A stretch of 64,000 nt of DNA, from assembly GCA_016215155.1 (NCBI GenBank), contig JACRLQ010000057.1:10943-74942 (forward strand), given 5' to 3'. Below, piece after piece: positions 29,755 through 38,793 of this stretch. Source of the stretch: Nitrospirota bacterium. Its GTDB lineage: Bacteria; Nitrospirota; Thermodesulfovibrionia; Thermodesulfovibrionales; UBA6898. Both the position numbers and the translations under genes were made by a program. A model generated the notes under the pieces. The model was not told the DNA's origin. It did not search any database and worked only from the letters and a program-made list of their open reading frames with translations. The stretch's first letter is position 1. Each line of letters opens with the position of its first letter.

Positions 29755-30759
29755 TTATTTTCTCCTGTTCATTGCCATATCTTCAAGCGTCTTCAGCTTT
29801 GAGCTCTCGCCGAGCCCGATCAGCGTGTCACCGGAAGCGATATTGGTCTTGAATGTCGGGTTGAACCTCATCTCCCCCGAGGTAGTTTTTATGGCGACAA
29901 TTATAATGCCCAGGTCCCGTCCGATGCCGCATTCATCCAGTGTCAGACCTACCAGACCTGACCCATCCTGAATGACGATCTCTTCCATCTGGAGGTCGAT
30001 GTTACCGCTCTTGGTGGCGAATTCTATGAAATCGACGACAGCCGGTTTCAAAAGGGTGTGGGCAATTCTCAGTCCTCCGATATGATAGGGGGAGACGACC
30101 CTGTCGGCCCCGGCGCGAAGAAGTTTCTGTTCCGAACCCTCATCCACGGCCCTTGCCACAATGGTCAGTCCGGGGTTCAATCCCCGGGCGCTGAGCACCA
30201 CATAAAGATTTTCAGCGTCGGTAGGCAGCACTGATATAAGACCTCTGGCCCTTTCGATCCCGATCCCCCTTAGGACCTCATCTTTTGTCGCGTCACCCGC
30301 AAAGATAAGAGGGGCCTCTTTGTCTTCGAAGTTATCAGGCGCCCTCTCGACGACGATAAAATCGATATTCTTTTGCTTTAGCTCCCGGCATATGATCTTT
30401 CCCATCCTGCCGTATCCGCATACGATATAATGGTCTTTCATGTTTTTGATCCTGTTTTCCAATCTCTTCCTCCCGAATATCTCCTGGAGTTCACCCTCCA
30501 GGATAATCTTTGCCCCGGTGCTTAACGCATAAAATACCGTCCCGACACCGCCTATAATAAGGAGAATCGTAAAAATTTGCCCCTTCAGGGAAAGTTCGTG
30601 GACCTCCCTGTATCCCACGGTGGTGAGAGTTATGATAGTCATATAAAATGAATCGAAGAAAGACCACCCCTCGATGAGCATATACCCGGCGGAGCCGAAC
30701 GAGATTATAAGGACTATCAGTCCGAGGGTAAGTACCAGCTTTTTCCTGAATTCTTCCAC
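29755..30759 (-). CDS. Potassium-channel family protein with RCK (TrkA-N/TrkA-C) domains; atypical filter TVGYR
   Basis: Two TM segments plus a pore helix (FYMTIITLTTVGYREV). A Rossmann-like IVCGYGRMG follows, then a TrkA-C-like C-terminus. Confidence 0.8.
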   Translation of the reverse strand: MEEFRKKLVLTLGLIVLIISFGSAGYMLIEGWSFFDSFYMTIITLTTVGYREVHELSLKGQIFTILLIIGGVGTVFYALSTGAKIILEGELQEIFGRKRLENRIKNMKDHYIVCGYGRMGKIICRELKQKNIDFIVVERAPDNFEDKEAPLIFAGDATKDEVLRGIGIERARGLISVLPTDAENLYVVLSARGLNPGLTIVARAVDEGSEQKLLRAGADRVVSPYHIGGLRIAHTLLKPAVVDFIEFATKSGNIDLQMEEIVIQDGSGLVGLTLDECGIGRDLGIIIVAIKTTSGEMRFNPTFKTNIASGDTLIGLGESSKLKTLEDMAMNRRK

Positions 30760-30775
30760 CGTCAGTAATCCTTTC

Positions 30776-31420
30776 CTATGACTTTTCCCTCATGCGGTGA
30801 CGGACATATTCAATTACGCCGGGCATGACCGATAAAATAATGATCACCATGATTACAAGCGTGAAGTTTTTCTTTACGAGAGGGATATTTCCGAATATGT
30901 ATCCGCCTATTATAAAGACCCCTATCCATAATAATCCGCCGGTTATGTTGAAAAGGATGAACCTTGAATAGTTCATGCTGCCGATGCCCGCCACAAAGGG
31001 CGCGAAGGTCCGGATGATCGGCATAAACCTGGCTATGATTATTGTCTTGCCTCCATATTTTTCATAGAAGGCATGTGTTTTGACAAGATGCTCCCTGTTT
31101 AAAAATCGTGACTTCTCCCCTGAAAAGACCCTGGGGCCCACAATATGACCCGCTGCGTAATTTACCGTGTCTCCCAGTATCGCGGCTATCGAAAGAAGAA
31201 CGCACAGCAGAGTGACATCGAGCACGCCAAGTCCGGCGAACGCGCCCGCGGCAAACAGGAGCGAGTCACCCGGAAGAAAGGGTGTCACCACCAGCCCCGT
31301 CTCGCAAAATATTATCAGAAAAAGTATCGCGTAGGTCCATAGTCCGTAATTCTGAATGATCACGCTCAGGTGTTTGTCAAGGTGCATAAAAATGTCTATA
31401 AAGGTCTTTATATATTCCAT
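30776..31420 (-). CDS. DedA family (VTT domain) membrane protein
   Basis: [22 protein letters not shown]...[16 protein letters not shown] is typical of DedA. Confidence 0.85.
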   Translation of the reverse strand: MEYIKTFIDIFMHLDKHLSVIIQNYGLWTYAILFLIIFCETGLVVTPFLPGDSLLFAAGAFAGLGVLDVTLLCVLLSIAAILGDTVNYAAGHIVGPRVFSGEKSRFLNREHLVKTHAFYEKYGGKTIIIARFMPIIRTFAPFVAGIGSMNYSRFILFNITGGLLWIGVFIIGGYIFGNIPLVKKNFTLVIMVIIILSVMPGVIEYVRHRMREKS

Positions 31421-31447
31421 CGTCTCCCCAGGTTCAGTTATTTATTT

Positions 31448-32515
31448 TTATAACCATCTCTTGCGTCTGAAAAAAAAGAGCATCGCAAAACTGATGACTA
31501 TCATTACGATCCATAACGCCGGGTACGCCCAGGGCCATTCCAGTTCAGGCATATGCTTGAAGTTCATGCCATAAACACCGGCGAGGAACGTCAACGGCAT
31601 GAATATCGTGGCGATTATCGTAAGCACCTTCATCACGCTGTTCATCCTGTTACTGACGCTTGAAAGGTATATGTCAATCATGCCCGACACCATCTCCCTG
31701 AACGTCTCGACGGTGTCTATTACCTGAATCGAATGGTCATAGACGTCACGAAGATAGACCTTTGTGGGCGCTTTTATCAAAGGCGACTCGATCCGCTCGA
31801 GCTTGCTTATGACCTCCCTTAACGGCCATACGGCCTTCCTCAGAAAGATGAGCTCCCTTTTGAGGTCATGTATCGACTTGAGGGTCTGGGCCTCGGGGTC
31901 GGTGACCAGCCTCTCCTCAGTCACTTCGATGGTCTCACCCAGCTTTTCCAATATGCTGAAATAGCTGTCAACGATTGCGTCTATAAGTGAATAAACGAGA
32001 TAGTCGGGGCCCATCTTCCTGATCCTGCTTTTTTCGTTCCGGATGCGTTCGCGCGCCTGGCCCAGGACGTCGCCCTCGATGCCTTCCTGAAAAGATATCA
32101 CAAAATTCTCCCCAGCGATCAGACTTACCTGCTCCGTGACTATGGAGAGCCCGTCTTTGCCCGGGTAGAGCATCTTCAGGACAATGTAGAGATAATCGGT
32201 GTAATCATCGACCTTTGGCCGCTGGTCCGTATTGAGGACATCTTCAAGCACGAGAGGGTGAAATCCGTAGCATTCGCCGAATTTCCTCAGGATCTCAACC
32301 TGGTGCAGGCCATCGATGTTTATCCAGGTGACCGTCGGACTCTGCCTGAAGATGAAACATTCGTCCACCGACGTCATCTCCTTTTCCTGATAGCCGTGTT
32401 CGTCGTAATCGATGACCGTGATTTTAACGGCATCGCTCTTCGTTTGTCCGATATGAATAAGTGAACCGGGCGGAAGTCCTGATTTTTTCGATCTCTTAAT
32501 TGTAAGTCTTTTCAT
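31448..32515 (-). CDS. corA: Magnesium/cobalt transporter CorA
   Basis: The start is trimmed to ATG 32515 (MKRLTIKRSKK...), giving 355 aa. The C-terminus has the YGMNF motif and two TM segments. The 69 extra N-terminal codons in the ORF track have no CorA-like features. Confidence 0.9.
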   Translation of the reverse strand: MKRLTIKRSKKSGLPPGSLIHIGQTKSDAVKITVIDYDEHGYQEKEMTSVDECFIFRQSPTVTWINIDGLHQVEILRKFGECYGFHPLVLEDVLNTDQRPKVDDYTDYLYIVLKMLYPGKDGLSIVTEQVSLIAGENFVISFQEGIEGDVLGQARERIRNEKSRIRKMGPDYLVYSLIDAIVDSYFSILEKLGETIEVTEERLVTDPEAQTLKSIHDLKRELIFLRKAVWPLREVISKLERIESPLIKAPTKVYLRDVYDHSIQVIDTVETFREMVSGMIDIYLSSVSNRMNSVMKVLTIIATIFMPLTFLAGVYGMNFKHMPELEWPWAYPALWIVMIVISFAMLFFFRRKRWL

Positions 32516-32889
32516 TCGGTATATATTGTACCATCGAGTGAGCAGCGCTGTCAGACAGTATTTGTTGTTGTCAATAATAATGCTTTTGTCCGGCGCTGAC
32601 ACCTTACACGGTCCTGTCATTTTTACCGTTATTCGGAAAACAAGGATTGCTTGCGGATCATGACGGCGTAGGCAGCCGTGCCCTGACGGGTCTCGATAAA
32701 GCCCATTTCCCGGCAGTTTCATATCATCCCAATTCCATGGACCAGAGGGGGGACGGCTTTTTTCCCTATTTCCGTATTTTCGTCTCTGCTTTGGTTTTTA
32801 CCGTCATTATATAAATTTTCATAATATCTTTAATTTATTGGCGTATTTAAAGTAAAATAGACATATTTTCTTTTTGGAGAGGTGGATTT

Positions 32890-34131
32890 ATGGGTCACAT
32901 AAAAGGTCTTAAATGCAGGGAGTGCGGCAGGGAATACGCCATAGAGCCCATTTACGTATGCGAGTTCTGTTTCGGGCCGCTTGAGGTGGCCTATGATTAT
33001 AAAAGCATAGCCGGTGATATCAGCAGGAAGAAAATAGAAAAGCGCGACAAGAACCTCTGGCGGTACAGGGAACTGCTTCCGATCGACGGCGAGCCGCAGG
33101 TCGGCCTGGATTCAGGGTTCACACCGCTTATCAGGGCCGACAACCTAGCGCGTGTGCTGGGCGTCGATGAACTGTACCTCAAGGATGATACCGTGGTCCA
33201 TCCGACCCTTTCTTTCAAGGACCGGGTGGTGGCTATAGCCCTTACGAAGGCCAAAGAGTTCGGGTTCGACACAGTGGCCTGCGCCTCTACAGGGAACCTG
33301 GCCCACTCCGTTTCGGCGCATGGCGCGAAGGCGGGCTTTAAGAGGTTCATCTTTATCCCCTCGACCCTTGAGGCCAGTAAAATCGTGGCTTCTCTTGTAT
33401 ATGAGCCTAACCTTATAGCGGTCGACGGCAATTACGACGATGTCAACAGGCTCTGCAGCGAGATAGCCAATAAATATAAATGGGCCTTCGTGAATATAAA
33501 CATAAGGCCTTTTTACGCCGAGGGCTCCAAGACCCTGGGGTTTGAAGTCATCGAGCAGTTGGGGTGGAAGGCCCCGGACAACGTTGTCGTCCCCTGCGCC
33601 AGCGGTTCTCTTCTTACGAAGGTCTGGAAGAGCTTCAAGGAGTTCAGGGACGTGGGCATAATTAAAGACCTCAGTACGAAGGTTTTCGCGGCGCAGGCCA
33701 CCGGCTGCTCCCCCATAGCCGCGGCGATCAAGCAGGGAAGGGACGTCATAAGGCCTGTAAAGCCCGACACCATAGCCAAGTCTCTTGCCATAGGCAATCC
33801 GGCCGACGGCTTTTATGCCGCGCAGGTTGTGAGGGACACGGGAGGTTACGCGGAGGACGTCAGTGACCCCGAGATCATCGATGCCATAAAACTTCTTGCG
33901 AGGACCGAAGGTGTCTTTGCGGAGACGGCCGGGGGGGTCACTCTCGCCTCGACGATAAAACTCATACAGAGCGGCAGGATAAAACGTGATGAATCGACGG
34001 TGATATGCATTACCGGCAACGGCCTCAAGACGCAGGAGGCGTTACAGGGGCATACGAGTTCCCCTCACCACATCAAACCCAGTCTTGCTTCTTTTGAAGA
34101 AGTTCTCGAAAATATCAAAAAAGGCGAGTGA
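32890..34131 (+). CDS. thrC: Threonine synthase family PLP enzyme (ThrC; possibly MetM-like)
   Basis: 413 aa with an N-terminal zinc ribbon (CRECG...CEFC). The PLP lysine context is PTLSFKDR. GASTGNLA and later GNGLK motifs are present. Confidence 0.85.
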   Translation: MGHIKGLKCRECGREYAIEPIYVCEFCFGPLEVAYDYKSIAGDISRKKIEKRDKNLWRYRELLPIDGEPQVGLDSGFTPLIRADNLARVLGVDELYLKDDTVVHPTLSFKDRVVAIALTKAKEFGFDTVACASTGNLAHSVSAHGAKAGFKRFIFIPSTLEASKIVASLVYEPNLIAVDGNYDDVNRLCSEIANKYKWAFVNINIRPFYAEGSKTLGFEVIEQLGWKAPDNVVVPCASGSLLTKVWKSFKEFRDVGIIKDLSTKVFAAQATGCSPIAAAIKQGRDVIRPVKPDTIAKSLAIGNPADGFYAAQVVRDTGGYAEDVSDPEIIDAIKLLARTEGVFAETAGGVTLASTIKLIQSGRIKRDESTVICITGNGLKTQEALQGHTSSPHHIKPSLASFEEVLENIKKGE

Positions 34132-34166
34132 TCGGACAGATCCGCGGCCTGCAAGGAGGACAATAC

Positions 34167-34445
34167 ATGGCAGTCAAGGTAAGAATACCAACCCCGCTTC
34201 AGAGATTGACACAGGGCAGGGAGGAAGTAGAGGGGGTTCCCGGAACGGTTATGGAACTCATCACGTCTCTCGACAGCGCCTTCCCGGGGATTGCGGAGAG
34301 AATTTCAGAAAACGGAAAGGTCCGGAGGTTCGTGAATATCTATGTAAACGAAGAGGACATCAGGTTCCTCAATGCGGAGGAGACGGCCGTCAAGGATGGC
34401 GATGAGGTTTCGATCGTGCCGGCCATCGCGGGCGGCGGGCGCTAA
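34167..34445 (+). CDS. MoaD/ThiS/CysO-type sulfur-carrier (beta-grasp) protein
   Basis: The start is set at ATG 34167, after AAGGAGGA. The protein is 92 aa. RRFVNIYVNEEDIRF and the C-terminal VSIVPAIAGGGR resemble CysO/MoaD-type carriers (M. tuberculosis CysO as I recall it). Confidence 0.8.
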   Translation: MAVKVRIPTPLQRLTQGREEVEGVPGTVMELITSLDSAFPGIAERISENGKVRRFVNIYVNEEDIRFLNAEETAVKDGDEVSIVPAIAGGGR

Positions 34446-34447
34446 AG

Positions 34448-34684
34448 ATGAAAAAGCGGGTCAAGCTGACCTTTCCCCAGCAGCTTATAAAGGAACCTGT
34501 CATCTTTCTGATGGCGAAAGAGTTCAATGTCATGCCGAATATCAGAAGGGCCAGGGTGACGGAGACAGTCGGTGAGATGGTCCTCGAACTCGAAGGGGCC
34601 GGGGCGGACCTTGACAACGGCATAGAGTGGCTCAAGGTCAAAGGTATCGAGGTTGAACTTGTTGAAGGAGACATAATCGAGTAG
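34448..34684 (+). CDS. NIL domain-containing protein
   Basis: 78 aa. KLTFPQQLIKEPVIFLMAKEFNVMPNIRRARV...VLELEG...WLKVKGIEVELV matches the NIL-domain pattern (the C-terminal domain of MetN). Confidence 0.7.
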   Translation: MKKRVKLTFPQQLIKEPVIFLMAKEFNVMPNIRRARVTETVGEMVLELEGAGADLDNGIEWLKVKGIEVELVEGDIIE

Positions 34685-34690
34685 CCGCCT

Positions 34691-35721
34691 ATGAAATATA
34701 TAGTTTTAATCGGCGACGGCATGGCGGACCGGCCGCTTCAGGAACTCGGCGGCAAGACCCCTCTTCAGTACGCAAAAACGGATAATATGGACAGGCTTGC
34801 GTCTGAAGGGACGGTAGGTCTGGCGCATACCATCCCTGCCGGCATGCACCCGGGCTCTGACGTCGCCAACCTCTCGATACTCGGCTACGATCCGGCGCGG
34901 TATTACTCCGGCCGCGCCCCTTTGGAGGCCGCAAGCATAGGTATAAGTCTGAAGGATGCCGATGTCGCCTTCAGGTGTAATCTCGTCACCCTCAAGTATA
35001 ACAAGGAACGCACACGGGCGATCATGGAGGACTACAGCAGCGGGCATATCACGACGGACGAGGCATGCGGGCTCATCAAGGACATAGACGGCGCTCTGGG
35101 GTCTTCCGACCTGAAGTTTTATCCGGGGGTGAGTTACAGGCATCTCATGGTATGGAGCGATGGCCCATTGGACCTTGAATGCGTCCCGCCGCATGACATA
35201 ATAGGCAAGGACATCGTGGACTATCTGCCGGTCGGTCACGGAGAAGACCGCCTGAGAAGGCTGATGATCGATTCAGTGGACATTCTGGAGAGCCACCCGA
35301 TAAACAGGGAGAGGGTAAAAAACGGCAAGAGTCCAGCCAACAGCATATGGCTTTGGGGACAGGGAAAAAGACCGGGGATGCCCCTGTTCGAGACCAAATA
35401 CGGGGTGAAAGGGGCGCTGATTTCGGCCGTCGATCTCACCAGGTCAGGGCGATAGAGGACTTTGACCGGATCGTCGTCGGCGCCGTAATCGAGGGGGCGA
35501 AGAAATTCGGGGAATACAAAATACTGCTCATGCCGGACCATCCGACTCCCGTCGAGTTAAGGACGCATTCCGACGACCCCGTTCCCTTTGTGATATTCGA
35601 CAGCAGGTCGGTAAAGTGCAACAGCGGTTTCGTCTATGACGAATCGATCGGACAAAGGGAAGGGATAAAGATATTTAAAGACGGCCATAAGCTGATGGAC
35701 TATTTTATAAAAGGCGAATAA
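34691..35721 (+). pseudogene. Cofactor-independent phosphoglycerate mutase-like / proposed homoserine kinase, disrupted by an internal out-of-frame deletion
   Basis: The N-terminal ORF (34691..35455: MKYIVLIGDGMADRP...NSIWLWGQG...ISAVDLTR) and the C-terminal ORF (frame +2: VRAIEDFDRIVVG...LLMPDHPTPVELRTHSDDPVPFVIF) are two pieces of one ApgM-like protein. The span is 1031 nt, not a multiple of 3. About 58 aa, including the expected HVEAPDEAGH-type metal motif, appear to be missing at about 35445. Confidence 0.6.
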
Positions 35722-35733
35722 ACGGAGGAGATA

Positions 35734-36954
35734 GTGGCCCTGATAGTACAGAAATACGGCGGCACCTCGGTCGGAAGCGTCGAGCGGATCAAGGCGGTCG
35801 CTGAACGTGTAGTAAATACGGCGAGGGACGGGCACAGCGTGGTCGTTGTCGTTTCGGCGATGTCGGGCGAGACGGACAAGCTTATCGCCCTTGCCGGTCA
35901 GATAGCAGCGAGGCCCGCGGAGAGGGAGATGGATATGCTCCTTTCCTCGGGAGAGAGGGTCACAAGCGCCCTTACGGCCATGGCCGTGAACGCGCTGGGA
36001 CAAAAGGCCGTCTCCTTTACCGGCAGACAGGCCGGAATAATAACCGATAAGGTCCATACGAAGGCCCGGATAGAGAAGATAAACGGCGACAGGATAACGA
36101 AAGCGCTGAAGGATGGGTATGTCGTCGTAATTGCCGGATTTCAGGGCGTCACTGAAGGGGCCACCGATGTGACGACCCTCGGCAGGGGAGGCTCTGACCT
36201 GTCGGCCGTGGCCATTGCCGCTGCCGTCAAGGCCGATCTTTGCGAGATCTATACGGACGTCGACGGTGTATATACGACAGACCCCAACATCGTCCCCCAG
36301 GCCAGGAAACTCGCCAAGATCTCTTACGAGGAGATGCTCGAACTTGCCAGCCTCGGGGCGAAGGTGCTTCAGACAAGGTCCGTCGAATTCGCGATGAAAT
36401 ATAACGTTCCCGTTGTCGTAAGGTCGAGTTTTAACAATAATTCCGGCACACTGGTTGCGGAGGAGGACAAGGACATGGAAAATGTTGTGGTATCAGGGAT
36501 TGCATATGATAAAAACCAGACCAAGATTACGGTGGTGGACGTGCCGGACAAGCCTGGGATAGCCGCCAGGTTGTTTAACGCGATAGCCTCCGCGAATATC
36601 GTCATAGATATGATCGTTCAGAACATCAGCAGTGACGGCAAGTCCGCGGACATATCCTTTACAGTCCCCAGGACCGACGCAAAGACCGCAAAGGAAGTCG
36701 CTGAGACCGTGGCCGGTGAAATGGGCGCGGGCAGGGTGGACCTGAGGGATGACATAAGCAAGGTATCCGTCGTGGGTGTAGGCATGAGGACCCATTCCGG
36801 GGTCGCCGCCAGGATGTTTCAGGCGCTGGCCGAGCATAACATCAACATCTTCATGATAAGCACATCGGAGATCAAGGTGTCATGCATCATAGACCTCAAA
36901 TATACAGAGCTGTCCGTCAGGGTCCTGCACGATATTTTCGGATTGGCCCAATAG
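35734..36954 (+). CDS. lysC: Aspartate kinase
   Basis: GTG start. [17 protein letters not shown], 406 aa, with two C-terminal ACT-like regions. Confidence 0.9.
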   Translation: MALIVQKYGGTSVGSVERIKAVAERVVNTARDGHSVVVVVSAMSGETDKLIALAGQIAARPAEREMDMLLSSGERVTSALTAMAVNALGQKAVSFTGRQAGIITDKVHTKARIEKINGDRITKALKDGYVVVIAGFQGVTEGATDVTTLGRGGSDLSAVAIAAAVKADLCEIYTDVDGVYTTDPNIVPQARKLAKISYEEMLELASLGAKVLQTRSVEFAMKYNVPVVVRSSFNNNSGTLVAEEDKDMENVVVSGIAYDKNQTKITVVDVPDKPGIAARLFNAIASANIVIDMIVQNISSDGKSADISFTVPRTDAKTAKEVAETVAGEMGAGRVDLRDDISKVSVVGVGMRTHSGVAARMFQALAEHNINIFMISTSEIKVSCIIDLKYTELSVRVLHDIFGLAQ

Positions 36955-36960
36955 CCTGCG

Positions 36961-38529
36961 ATGCGCTCAATCGAGATATACGACACCACACTGAGGGACG
37001 GCGCCCAGTCGGAGGACATATCCTTCTCACTTGAGGACAAGATCAGGATCACCGAAAGACTCGATGACCTGGGGGTCCATTATATTGAGGGCGGCTGGCC
37101 CGGGGCCAACCCAAAGGACATCGACTATTTCAAGAAGGCCTCGAAACTAAAACTCCGTAACTCCAGGCTTGTGGCCTTCGGCAGCACTCACAGGCCGAAA
37201 AAGAAGGCCGGCAAGGACGAGACGATGAAGGCGCTCCTTAATTCCGGGACTTCTTTCATAACAATATTCGGAAAGACGTGGGATTTTCACGTTACCGAGG
37301 CCCTGAGGGTCCCCCTGGAGGAGAACCTCGGCATTATTTACGATTCGGTCAGTTTTCTCAAAAAGCGCTGCGACAAGGTTTTTTTTGACGCCGAGCATTT
37401 TTTTGACGGATACATAAACAATCCCAAATACGCACTCAAATGTCTCGCCGCCGCGGCCGACGCCGGGGCGGACCGCCTCGTGCTCTGTGATACCAACGGA
37501 GGGACGCTGACGGGCAGTGTTTCCGAGATCGCAAAGACGGTCATGAAGAAGTTCAAAACGCCTGTGGGGGTCCATGCCCATAACGACGGGGACTGTGCCG
37601 TCGCCAATTCGATAGCCGCCGTCGAGGCCGGGGCAATGCAGGTGCAGGGCACCATAAACGGCCTCGGCGAAAGATGCGGCAACGCCAATCTGATTTCCAT
37701 AATTCCCAACCTCCAGTTGAAACTGGGCATGAAGTGCATCAGCGACGACCAGATGAAAAAACTGAGGGACGTCTCGCGTTTTGTAAACGAGATAGCGAAC
37801 ATAAGGCATTTCAAGCGCCAGCCCTTTACAGGCGACAGCGCCTTTGCCCATAAGGCCGGGATACACGTCAACGCAATCAGGAAGAGACCGGAGACTTATG
37901 AGCATATAAGACCCGCTCTCGTCGGGAATTCCCAGCGCGTGCTGGTTTCCGATCTCGCCGGCAGGGCCAATGTCTTAAGGAAGGCCGAGGAGTTCGGCAT
38001 TAAGATAGCTACCGATTCGGCCCAGGTCCAGGCCATAGTGACGAACCTCAAAGAGCTCGAAAACCAGGGTTTCCAGTTCGAGGGTGCGGAGGCCTCGTTC
38101 GAGCTGATGATGAAGAAGGAACTCGGGCTTCATAAGAGGTTCTTTGACCTGATAGGCTACAGGCTGATAATCGAAAAAAGAAAAGAGGGGGAATCTCCGC
38201 TGAGCGAAGCGACGATAATGCTCAAGGTGGGCGGTCATATAGAGCACACCGCCGCGACCGGCAGAGGCCCTGTAAACGCACTGGATAATGCCCTCAGAAA
38301 GGCGCTCGAAAAGTTCTACCCGCAGCTAAGGGAGGTGAGGCTGCTGGACTACAAGGTCCGCGTGCTCGCCGCCGGAAGCGGGACGACGGCGAGGGTCCGG
38401 GTCCTGGTCGAATCGGGCGACAAGGAAAACAGGTGGGGCACTGTCGGGGTTTCCGAAAACATAATGGAGGCCTCATACCAGGCGCTGGTCGACAGCATAG
38501 AGTATAAGCTTTTGAAAGAAGTGGTGTAG
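36961..38529 (+). CDS. cimA: (R)-citramalate synthase (CimA-type, LeuA paralog)
   Basis: IEIYDTTLRDGAQSEDISFSLEDKIRI...HYIEGGWPGANPKD is typical of the long CimA clade. 522 aa. A separate bona fide leuA lies at 60677. Confidence 0.8.
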   Translation: MRSIEIYDTTLRDGAQSEDISFSLEDKIRITERLDDLGVHYIEGGWPGANPKDIDYFKKASKLKLRNSRLVAFGSTHRPKKKAGKDETMKALLNSGTSFITIFGKTWDFHVTEALRVPLEENLGIIYDSVSFLKKRCDKVFFDAEHFFDGYINNPKYALKCLAAAADAGADRLVLCDTNGGTLTGSVSEIAKTVMKKFKTPVGVHAHNDGDCAVANSIAAVEAGAMQVQGTINGLGERCGNANLISIIPNLQLKLGMKCISDDQMKKLRDVSRFVNEIANIRHFKRQPFTGDSAFAHKAGIHVNAIRKRPETYEHIRPALVGNSQRVLVSDLAGRANVLRKAEEFGIKIATDSAQVQAIVTNLKELENQGFQFEGAEASFELMMKKELGLHKRFFDLIGYRLIIEKRKEGESPLSEATIMLKVGGHIEHTAATGRGPVNALDNALRKALEKFYPQLREVRLLDYKVRVLAAGSGTTARVRVLVESGDKENRWGTVGVSENIMEASYQALVDSIEYKLLKEVV

Positions 38530-38546
38530 CAAGGTTTAAGATCAAA

Positions 38547-38710
38547 CAGGCTGTTGAAAAACTCTTGTTTTTGTCAGTTAAAGCCGTCATACTCGTGCTT
38601 AAGGCACCTACTGTTGGCGAAGGCGGGTATCCAATCTCCTTAAAAACAATGGATTCCCGTCTGCACGGGAATGACTGTAAAATATCTGAAAACACTTTTT
38701 CAACAGCCTG
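38547..38710. repeat. MITE-like palindromic repeat, copy C (complete, with clear terminal inverted repeats)
   Basis: The TIRs are CAGGCTGTTGAAAAA (38547-38561) and TTTTTCAACAGCCTG (38696-38710). Hairpin 1 (38586-38632) carries the 25-nt loop insert. Hairpin 2 is GGATTCCCGtctgcaCGGGAATGAC (38651-38675). Confidence 0.75.
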
Positions 38711-38793
38711 CAAAGATGTGACTCTGAGTTGCCTCCCCGTCCGTTTTATTAACGGGCGTGCCCCTGTTCCCAGTCCTTTACCCGAAGCCAGGA

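Noticed and set aside
32516-32722. N-terminal 69 codons of the corA ORF
   Set aside because: There is no CorA-like sequence. The internal ATG at 32515 gives the canonical length of about 355 aa. The region is more likely the corA promoter and leader.
32516-32889. Riboswitch in the 374-nt divergent region between corA and thrC (M-box for corA; SAM or T-box leader for thrC)
   Set aside because: I could not recognise any of the conserved cores by eye (SAM-I GAGGGA..GCAACC, the T-box GGGTGGTACCGCG, or the M-box). It is left unassigned. An Rfam scan would decide.
37147-37905. 252-aa and 177-aa minus-strand ORFs inside cimA. The same pattern occurs at 13129..13797 (in dnaB), 28101..28763 (in glyS), 48023..48622 (in recA), 49210..49839 (in pilT), 58484..59053 (in ilvC) and 61322..61936 (in leuA).
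   Set aside because: All of them are antisense shadows of strongly supported conserved genes.
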